NCBI GenBank assembly: GCA_963725825.1
Contig: CAVSAI010000020.1
Span: 26,995 to 90,994, forward strand
Direction: 5' to 3'
DNA length: 64,000 bases
DNA from: Candidatus Aminicenantes bacterium
GTDB lineage: Bacteria; Acidobacteriota; Aminicenantia; Aminicenantales; Saccharicenantaceae
Position 1 is the first letter of the stretch, and every line of letters begins with the position of its first letter. Below the pieces are notes generated by a model. It searched no databases. It was not told the DNA's origin and worked only from the letters and a program-made list of their open reading frames with translations. Shown here in pieces: positions 50,837-58,185 of this stretch. A program made the translations under genes and the position numbers.

Positions 50837-51748
50837 CTATTTTCTGATGTGGACGAGCGCCTGCATCGCGGCGATGCAACCCTCGCCGGCGGCCGAGACG
50901 ACCTGCAGGCCGCCGCAGGTGACGTCCCCAGCCGCGAAAACGCCGGGGATGTTCGTTCGCTGGAACCGGTCGACGGCGACGCACTGCTTGTGATCGATGG
51001 CGATGCCGGCCCGCTCGAAGAGCGGTCCGGCCGGGATCTCGCGGAAGATGAAGACGGCGGCGACCGTGAAGACGTCCACGGCGGCCGCCGATTCGACGAC
51101 GACGCTCTCCACCCGGCCCTCGCCGCGGATCTCCTTGACCTTGCCGTCGCGACGGATCACGACGCCCAGGTCCTCGAGGGCCTTGGCCTTCGGCGAATCC
51201 GCCGTCCCGCCCGGATGGCCGGGCACCCAGAGGACGTTGATGCCCATGGCGTGCAAGGCGTGGACATCCTCGAGAGCCTCGTCCCCCTGGCCGACCGCGG
51301 CGACGGTCGCCCCCCGGAAGAGGGGGCCGTCGCACGTGGCGCAATAGCTGACGCCCTGGCCGATGAGCCGCTCCTCGCCGGCGATGAGACGGGCCTTGGG
51401 GACGGGCCGGCCCGTGGCCAGGATGACGGCCAAGGCCTCGATGACCGCCTCCTTGGTCGTGACGTACTTCGTCTCTCCCTCGAGGGCGAAGGCGATGGCC
51501 TCCCCGCTGGCGACCTCCGCGCCGAAGGAGACCGCCTGCCTGCGGAAGAGGCCGAGCAGCTCGCGGCTGTCGATGGACGGGAAGCCGGGGTAATTCTCGA
51601 GCGTGTAGGGAATGGCCATCCGCGAAGCGGCGCGGCCGTCGAGGATGAGGGCCCTTCGCCCCGCCCGGGCCACGTAGATCCCGGCGGTCAGCCCGGCCGG
51701 ACCGGCGCCGACGATGAGGACGTCCGTCGTGAGGGACTTGATGCTCAT
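50837..51748 (-). CDS. Thioredoxin reductase-like FAD-dependent disulfide oxidoreductase
   Basis: GAGPAG, ENYPG, GVSYCATCDG, GVFAAGD. Confidence 0.9.
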   Translation of the reverse strand: MSIKSLTTDVLIVGAGPAGLTAGIYVARAGRRALILDGRAASRMAIPYTLENYPGFPSIDSRELLGLFRRQAVSFGAEVASGEAIAFALEGETKYVTTKEAVIEALAVILATGRPVPKARLIAGEERLIGQGVSYCATCDGPLFRGATVAAVGQGDEALEDVHALHAMGINVLWVPGHPGGTADSPKAKALEDLGVVIRRDGKVKEIRGEGRVESVVVESAAAVDVFTVAAVFIFREIPAGPLFERAGIAIDHKQCVAVDRFQRTNIPGVFAAGDVTCGGLQVVSAAGEGCIAAMQALVHIRK

Positions 51749-51773
51749 GGGATCTCCCTGCTCGGCGCCGCCG

Positions 51774-52217
51774 TCAATCCGCCAAGCGGCCGCTGTCCCC
51801 GACCTTCCAGGCATTCGCGGTCAGGACATAGAGGACGGTCCGACGGATCTCCCGTCCCCCCTCGCCTTTGATCCAAAGGTCGACGACGGCCCAGTCTTCG
51901 AGGCCCTTGAACTGCATCTCGAGGACGGAGACGCCGGCCCCGGCGAGCTTGGCTCCGCGGAACTTCTTGAGGACGGAGGCGCTGCGGCCGAAGTTCCGGA
52001 ATTGGAGCGGCAGCAGCCCCTTCTCCCCATAATCCGTCTTGATAACCTGCTCGAGCTCGCTCGCCGGCCGGTAATCCGCGTCCATGGGGACCCAGGCCAC
52101 GCCCGCCGTGGGGTCGGAGGCCCGGCCGGAGCCGAGCGCCTTGATGCCTAAATAGGCGCCCACGACCACGGCGTCGAACACGAGAAAGATGATCAGGGCG
52201 CGAAGGGTCCTACTCAT
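51774..52217 (-). CDS. Hypothetical protein with N-terminal TM
   Basis: GGAGG SD, overlaps the upstream stop, coding-like composition. Confidence 0.75.
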   Translation of the reverse strand: MSRTLRALIIFLVFDAVVVGAYLGIKALGSGRASDPTAGVAWVPMDADYRPASELEQVIKTDYGEKGLLPLQFRNFGRSASVLKKFRGAKLAGAGVSVLEMQFKGLEDWAVVDLWIKGEGGREIRRTVLYVLTANAWKVGDSGRLAD

Positions 52218-53301
52218 CGGGGCCTCCTGTCTCCGCGGGCTTGGATTGGCTCGCGGGCCGGGCCTTTTCCAGGGCCGCGGCCTCGGCCGCGAGGAGCCGG
52301 AAGCGGTCGGAGGGGATGGTCCGGGATTTCCGGAACAAGGTCCGCGCCCGGCGCTCTTCGTGCCCGGAGAGGTTGCCGAAGACCTCCTGCTCCCGGTCCT
52401 CGGGATTCCGTTTGAAGAACTCCTCGAATTTCGCCTCCGGCAGGATGCCGCGGCCCCGGAGCGTCCGCAGCATGGCCCGGGTGCTCACCCCGAAGTAGCG
52501 CTTGAGGAACAGCACGTCGTCGAACGCCAGCGTCCTCGCGTGAAGGTCCTTCTCGATGAGCTCGGAGAGCTTGTCCGGCGGCACAAGAAAGCGCGAGGCG
52601 AAAGTCTGGGCGGACTGCTCGCGCGGCGAGTAGAGAGAGACGTACTCGTCGACGAAGACATCGGGGTTATCGACGACGGGGCTGTCGGCCCGGTCCATGA
52701 GGTAATGGCCGTAGAGATGGGCGGCGATGAAGGTCTGGAGCCCGGGCGGCTCGTTCGCGTTGATCAGCGCGAACGCGGCCTTGCGCTCCTCGTCGAAGAC
52801 GAACAGGCCCGCGATCCGGGCTTCGTCGGAGATCGTCTGGCGGACGATGCGGCAGCCGTTGACCTCACAGAGTCCCATGACATCGCGGATGGGCTCGCCG
52901 CCGAGCCCGAGGCGCCGCCGTTCTTCCTCGGCCAGACGCTCCGGGGAGATGCGGGGGTACAGCGGCGCGAGGTCGAGGCGGCGCCCGGTCGCCTCTTCGA
53001 GCTCGAGGTATCTTTCGCACGTGGCCCGGAATTTCTGCAGGTCCTTGCGGACCCGCTCATCGGCCTCCGCGGCGTCGAACAGGGCCTCGAAGGCCGGCCG
53101 CCTGTCCTCGAAGAAATAGGCGATATTCTTGTTGAGGAACCCCGCGACCTTCTGGAGCGTCTCGAAGCTCGGCGTCCTCTTGCCGGATTCGAGGAGGGAG
53201 ATGTATTCCGATGACAGTCCGAGGGACTTGGCGAACGCGCCCTGGCTGAGGTTGACCTCTTCGCGAGCCCTCTTGAGTCGTGTCCCGAGAAGCTTGTCCA
53301 T
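52210..53301 (-). CDS. XRE HTH + ImmA/IrrE-like domain regulator
   Basis: RLKRARE..LSQ..YISLLESGKRTPS HTH; FIAAHLYGHY and EQSAQTFASRFLVP M78-like domain. Confidence 0.9.
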   Translation of the reverse strand: MDKLLGTRLKRAREEVNLSQGAFAKSLGLSSEYISLLESGKRTPSFETLQKVAGFLNKNIAYFFEDRRPAFEALFDAAEADERVRKDLQKFRATCERYLELEEATGRRLDLAPLYPRISPERLAEEERRRLGLGGEPIRDVMGLCEVNGCRIVRQTISDEARIAGLFVFDEERKAAFALINANEPPGLQTFIAAHLYGHYLMDRADSPVVDNPDVFVDEYVSLYSPREQSAQTFASRFLVPPDKLSELIEKDLHARTLAFDDVLFLKRYFGVSTRAMLRTLRGRGILPEAKFEEFFKRNPEDREQEVFGNLSGHEERRARTLFRKSRTIPSDRFRLLAAEAAALEKARPASQSKPAETGGPDE

Positions 53302-53328
53302 GGCGGCGCACCCCTGGGCGGCCTGGGC

Positions 53329-53410
53329 AGGATAACATGAGGTTAGCGGTCTGTCAACATGCCGCAGCGGCAAAAATAACGATTGACAATTCACGGGCTC
53401 CCCTTAGAAT
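53329..53410. promoter_or_regulatory. Back-to-back sigma70 promoters
   Basis: Minus strand TTGACA(53357-53352)-N17-TATCCT(53334-53329); plus strand TTGACA(53383-53388)-N16-TAGAAT(53405-53410). Confidence 0.7.
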
Positions 53411-53432
53411 GAGAGAAAACCAAGGAATGATC

Positions 53433-54386
53433 ATGGCCGAAGACAATATCCTCGATGTTTTTCCGGGTGCGTCCAAGAGCATCTGCGACAACGTCCTCAA
53501 CCAGGTCCAGGATGCGGTCGTCTGGCTCAACCGCGACCGCAAGGTCGTCTACTGGAACAACGCGGCCGAAGAGATCACGGGACGCGACGCCTCGGCCGTT
53601 CTGGGGAGGGCGTGCTTCGAAGAACCCGCCTTGTTCGTGGATCTCGGCGGCGTCAACATCTGCCGCGACAAGTGCCCCGTGGCCATGACCCTGCAGGACG
53701 GCGCCCCGCGCTCGCTCGAGGTCTATCTCGAGCACAAAGAAGGGTTCCGGACGCCGGCGGCCTTGCGGATTATCCCGGTGTTCAACGACGCGGGCGAGGT
53801 CCTCGGGGCTGTCGAAACGTTCTCCAGCACCGCCCCAAAGGTCACTCTGCCCCTCGGCCTGGCCGAGCTCGAGAAGATGGCCCTCGTTGACAACGAGACG
53901 GGCATCCCCTCGAAGCAGTACCTGGACATGACCCTGGCCACCCGCCTCCAGGAGTTTCAGAAGTACGGCCTGTCATTCGGCCTGATCTACGCCGATATCG
54001 ACAACTACGGCAAGATCCTCGAGAAGCACGGCCGGTTCAACGCCGGCAAGATCGTCCGGACCGTCGCCAGGACCCTGCACAAGAACATCCGCTTTTTCGA
54101 CATCGTCGGCCGCTGGAGCGCGGAGGAGTTCCTGATCGTCCTCTTGAACATCGATGACGGCCGGCTGGACATCGTCGCCAACAAGCTCCGTCTCCTGATC
54201 TCCGAATCCTACATCACGACCGAAACGGGCATGCTCAACGCGACGGTGTCCATGGGGGCCAGTCTCGTCCTTCGCTACGACACCGTCGAATCCCTGATCA
54301 AGCGGGGCGAGCAGCTCATGATGCACAGCAAGTGGCTGGGCAAGAACCGCGTCAGCATGAGCTTCGTCCAGAAGGAGATGATCTAG
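53433..54386 (+). CDS. PAS + degenerate GGDEF domain protein
   Basis: WNNAAEEITG PAS; DNETGI, DIDNY, active site reads GRWSAEEF. Confidence 0.88.
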   Translation: MAEDNILDVFPGASKSICDNVLNQVQDAVVWLNRDRKVVYWNNAAEEITGRDASAVLGRACFEEPALFVDLGGVNICRDKCPVAMTLQDGAPRSLEVYLEHKEGFRTPAALRIIPVFNDAGEVLGAVETFSSTAPKVTLPLGLAELEKMALVDNETGIPSKQYLDMTLATRLQEFQKYGLSFGLIYADIDNYGKILEKHGRFNAGKIVRTVARTLHKNIRFFDIVGRWSAEEFLIVLLNIDDGRLDIVANKLRLLISESYITTETGMLNATVSMGASLVLRYDTVESLIKRGEQLMMHSKWLGKNRVSMSFVQKEMI

Positions 54387-54392
54387 ACAAGG

Positions 54393-54427
54393 GCCCCCTT
54401 CCCCGGGGGGGGTGCGGGAAAGGGGGC
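54393..54427. terminator. GC-rich hairpin between convergent genes
   Basis: GCCCCCTTCCCCG...CGGGAAAGGGGC; no strong U-tract. Confidence 0.35.
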
Positions 54428-54445
54428 GGGAACAGAAGAGGAGGG

Positions 54446-55312
54446 TCAGAAAGTAGCCGGATTCTTTGTCCTGAGATCGTTGATCTCGGCCGCAAAGAGG
54501 ATTTCGCTGTTCTCACCGGACAGGCTGAGGCGCAGCCCCGTGCCTTGGAAGGTCCATTCCGAGGACAGACTCAGGCTGCCCGACGTGACCGCCGTGCCCA
54601 GGTTCTGTCCCGTTTCGGCGTAGGCCCGATCCTTCCAGACCACGTTGTTGTAGCGCGACTGGCCGACCTTCGCGTTCAGGAACTCACGGATCGTGTTGTA
54701 GTCCGCGACGTAGCGGTCCTTGTTCGCGTACCGCTCCAGGAGATGGACCCTGAGGGAGGCGAGCTTCCGGTCGATCAGGATGTAGGTCAGAAGGCATCTT
54801 TTGCCGAAGACCTGGCGATGATAGCGCAGAAACTCCATGTCCCCCGACAGATCGCGGCTGAGCGGCCGGCCCTCGGCCCGCAGAATGACGTCTTCCGACT
54901 TGCCCCATTCGATATCAGGAAGCGGGCCCGCCTTCAGATCGAACTCTTTCGGGTCGGCGATCTCGGGTTCGGCCGGGGTCAGGTCGGTCACTTTGATGGT
55001 CGAGTTCAGCTTGCGGACGGACGCGTCCAGGACGTAGCCCGCCAGGGTCCGGCCGGAGCGCGAGGAGACGAAGAGGACGTAGAACCAGTTTGTCCTGAAC
55101 TTCATGGCGCTCGACTGCTTCACGACCGAGCCGCGGGGCAGGGTCTCGATGACCGGGCTGCGGGCGTCCGGGTCGAGGTGGACGGAGACGTTCGCGGCCG
55201 TCACTTCGAGGCGGACGATGATCTCCGCCCTGGCGGCGGGCGGGGCGAGCAAGGCCAAAAGGGCCAGGGCGAGCACGCCAGAGACGACCGGATTGGCCTT
55301 AGATGATCTCAT
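54446..55312 (-). CDS. Secreted hypothetical protein with SH3-like N-terminal domain
   Basis: Signal peptide (ARA), ANVSVHLDPDARSPVIETLPRG..WFYV..GYV. Confidence 0.8.
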   Translation of the reverse strand: MRSSKANPVVSGVLALALLALLAPPAARAEIIVRLEVTAANVSVHLDPDARSPVIETLPRGSVVKQSSAMKFRTNWFYVLFVSSRSGRTLAGYVLDASVRKLNSTIKVTDLTPAEPEIADPKEFDLKAGPLPDIEWGKSEDVILRAEGRPLSRDLSGDMEFLRYHRQVFGKRCLLTYILIDRKLASLRVHLLERYANKDRYVADYNTIREFLNAKVGQSRYNNVVWKDRAYAETGQNLGTAVTSGSLSLSSEWTFQGTGLRLSLSGENSEILFAAEINDLRTKNPATF

Positions 55313-55456
55313 GTTATTCCCCTTGTACAAGAACCATTATCGGGCGGAGGGCCGGGGCCTTCAATCGCCGCGGGTGATGAATTTGGGGGGGATGGTCCTC
55401 ACCCCCCGAGGGGAACCCGGGGGCCCGCCGCCTGGGACGGGCCCCTCCCCGACCGC

Positions 55457-56455
55457 TTACTTCAGCTGGAACCGGACGGTCACGGTGAAGACGACCGGCC
55501 GGGGCCGCCCGTTGATGATCATCGGCTCGTAGACCCACTGCCGGACGGCGTCGATGGCCGCCTGGTCGAGCAGGGGGATGGAGCGGAGGACCTTGACGCT
55601 CGTGACCCGCCCGTAGACGTCCGTCGTCGCCTCGACGATGACGATGCCCTCGACGCGGGCCTGGCGGGCGATCTCCGGATAGACCGGGGCCACTTCCCGG
55701 ACGAGCTTGGGCGGCTTGACGTCGCCGATGGCCCGCACAGGCGCTTCGACCTCGCCGACGACGCCTCCCAGGACGCCGCCGACGACTCCGCCGAGCACGC
55801 CGCCGACGACTCCGCCCTCGACGCCGCCTTCGACTCCGCCCTCGACGCCGACGTCGGAGAGCGTTTCCTCGGCGATCTGCTCAGGGATCTCGACGGGGGC
55901 GACGAGGCGGCCCGCCTCGGTCGGAGCCGCGGCCTGGACGCGCTTGATGCGCGCGCTCGTCGACGCCGCCTTGCGCTTGGCCGGCGGCGGCGGAGGGGGC
56001 GGCGGCGGGGGCGGGGGCGCGAGGAACGCGCTGTAGACCTCGACGGTCGGCAGATCCCCTGTGTTAAGGAGAGGAAGAACGATGAGAAGGACGATGACGG
56101 CGACGTGGGCCACTAGAGACAGCGGGAGCAAGACGGCCTTCTGTCTTGTCCGTTTCTCCGGCTGATAAAATGAATCCTTGAACATTCGAACCTCCGCGAC
56201 TCGCGATGCGGGGGCTCCGGCCTGCTCGCGGGCGATCCCGGCCCGGACGCGTCCGGGGAAAGAGTCCCAGTAGTCCCGGTCTTTCGGACCAGGGGGAGAC
56301 GCCTCGGCCATCGTCGCGATCTTGCGGATGAACTCGAGGTCCCGCCGGCACTCCGGGCAAGTCTTGAGATGCTTCTCCACCCGGGGCCGGTCGGCCGCCC
56401 GGAGCTCGCCGTCGGCGAAGGCCCCGATGAGTTCCTGGAGTTTTCGGTGTCTCAT
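55457..56455 (-). CDS. zf-HC2 anti-sigma factor fused to a TonB family protein
   Basis: FADGEL..HLKTCPEC; TM with SLVAH; poly-Pro; GGVEGG repeats; TonB_C. Confidence 0.9.
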   Translation of the reverse strand: MRHRKLQELIGAFADGELRAADRPRVEKHLKTCPECRRDLEFIRKIATMAEASPPGPKDRDYWDSFPGRVRAGIAREQAGAPASRVAEVRMFKDSFYQPEKRTRQKAVLLPLSLVAHVAVIVLLIVLPLLNTGDLPTVEVYSAFLAPPPPPPPPPPPPAKRKAASTSARIKRVQAAAPTEAGRLVAPVEIPEQIAEETLSDVGVEGGVEGGVEGGVVGGVLGGVVGGVLGGVVGEVEAPVRAIGDVKPPKLVREVAPVYPEIARQARVEGIVIVEATTDVYGRVTSVKVLRSIPLLDQAAIDAVRQWVYEPMIINGRPRPVVFTVTVRFQLK

Positions 56456-56456
56456 C

Positions 56457-57047
56457 TCAAGCTCCCCTTCCGAGGGAATCCGCCAGGAGCTCCTTCAGCT
56501 TCTGGCGGGCCCGGTTGAGCCGCGACATGACGGTGCCGAGCGGCAGGCCGAGGGTCCGTGAGATCTCCTCGTAGCTCAGGCTCTCGTGAAACCTCAGGAC
56601 GAAGACGCTTCTCTGATCGGCGGGAAGGGATTCCACCGCCCTTTCGAGCCGGGCCTGGAATTCCGCGCTCTCCAGCTGCCTCTCGGGGTCGTCGCCCTTT
56701 GGGGCCGACGGCATGCGCCGGCCGCCGGGCGAGTCGTCTTCGAGCGGCACCTCCCGGCCCCGCGATTTGAGGTAGTTGAGCCCGGAGTTGACAGCGATCT
56801 TCCTGAGCCAGGGGTAGAGAGGCCATTGGGCATCGAACCTTTCCAGCGCGAAGTAGGCCTTGATGAATGTCTCCTGGGCGAGGTCGTCGGCGGACTGGTG
56901 CGCGCCGGTGAGCCGGCGGCACAGGGCGTAGACCCGTTGCTGGTATCTCCGGACCAGGCTCTCATAAGCGTCCATGTCTCCCTGCTGGGCTTTCCTGACG
57001 AGGACGGCATCCTCCGGATGCTCGTTCGGTCTCGTCGGAGCTCCCAT
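56457..57047 (-). CDS. ECF RNA polymerase sigma factor
   Basis: LVRRYQ, ADDLAQETFIKAY, WLRKIAVN, LSYEEI..GTVMSRLNRAR. Confidence 0.95.
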   Translation of the reverse strand: MGAPTRPNEHPEDAVLVRKAQQGDMDAYESLVRRYQQRVYALCRRLTGAHQSADDLAQETFIKAYFALERFDAQWPLYPWLRKIAVNSGLNYLKSRGREVPLEDDSPGGRRMPSAPKGDDPERQLESAEFQARLERAVESLPADQRSVFVLRFHESLSYEEISRTLGLPLGTVMSRLNRARQKLKELLADSLGRGA

Positions 57048-57256
57048 AGGTCATACACCTCGCCGCCGGAAATATTCCTCTGGATCCATGATACTCCTTT
57101 TGGAGCCGGGAATGCACAGCGCTTCCCGGGGCTTGACAGAAGAGCAAAAATCACTTATTTCTTGATATATCCTATCGTCTTGACGTAGTTTATGGGGGAC
57201 GATCGACCGCTCCTCTCTGAGACCCATCTTTCGGAGACCGGGGAAAGGAGGCTGGG

Positions 57257-58174
57257 ATGAGAAGCCATCCGAGGACAATGCTCCCCGCGCTCGCCGCCCT
57301 GGCGGCCTTCCTGGGCTTGACCGCCCTCGCGGTCCTGGCCGCGCCTGAGAAGGCCGCGGCCCGCCAGGAAGAGGGGTACGTGGGGATCGAAGCGTGCGCC
57401 GCGTGCCACGAGGAGACCGTGACCGCGTTCCGCGAGTCCATCCACGGGCAAAAGGGCTTCGCGATGCGCTCGAGCCACAGCTGCGAAACGTGCCACGGAC
57501 CGGGCAAGGCCCACGTGGACGCGGGCGGCGGCAAAGGGACGATGAAAACGGTCCAAGCCCTGCCCAAGAACAAGCGGTCCGAGTGGTGCCTGACGTGCCA
57601 CGAACGCGGCGACCGGACAGAGTGGCTGGGGAGCATGCACGAGTCCCGCGAGCTCGCCTGCGAGGACTGTCACTCCGTCCACAGCCCCGCGGTCGAGAAG
57701 ACCCTGCTCAAGGAAGCCGAGACGGACCTCTGCTTCACCTGCCATAAGCAGAAAAAGGCCCAGTTCTTCCGGGCCTCGCACCACCCGGTCCGGGAGGGCA
57801 AGATGGAATGCTCCGCGTGTCACGATCCCCACGCCATCCAGGAAGGGCGCCTCGTCGACCAGGCGGCCGTAACGGAAACGTGCTACCGCTGCCACGCCGA
57901 AAAGCGCGGCCCCTTTATCTGGGAGCACATTCCCGTCCGCGAGGATTGCCTGACCTGCCACGAACCCCACGGGTCCAATCACCTGAAGATGCTCCGGGCC
58001 AAGGAGCCGTTCCTGTGCCAGCGCTGCCATTCCGACACCCGGCACCCCGGCACGCTCTACGACCAGAGCCAGCTCGCCGTGGCGAGCAACCGTCTGTTCG
58101 GCCGGTCCTGCACGAACTGCCACGCGACGGTCCACGGCTCGAATCATCCTTCGGGCTCGACCTTCTTGAGATGA
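57257..58174 (+). CDS. mtrA: Decaheme c-type cytochrome, DmsE/MtrA family
   Basis: Signal peptide, 10 CxxCH, KRGPFIWEH, HGSNHPSG..FLR C-terminus. Confidence 0.95.
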   Translation: MRSHPRTMLPALAALAAFLGLTALAVLAAPEKAAARQEEGYVGIEACAACHEETVTAFRESIHGQKGFAMRSSHSCETCHGPGKAHVDAGGGKGTMKTVQALPKNKRSEWCLTCHERGDRTEWLGSMHESRELACEDCHSVHSPAVEKTLLKEAETDLCFTCHKQKKAQFFRASHHPVREGKMECSACHDPHAIQEGRLVDQAAVTETCYRCHAEKRGPFIWEHIPVREDCLTCHEPHGSNHLKMLRAKEPFLCQRCHSDTRHPGTLYDQSQLAVASNRLFGRSCTNCHATVHGSNHPSGSTFLR

Positions 58175-58185
58175 CGGGGCGCGCC

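Noticed and set aside
52210-53301. Prophage or ICE immunity module
   Set aside because: No integrase, phage or conjugation genes and no composition shift nearby.
57133-57191. FNR/Crp box upstream of mtrA
   Set aside because: TTGAC/TTGAT half-sites recur but no complete TTGAT-N4-ATCAA palindrome is present; the promoter could not be fixed.
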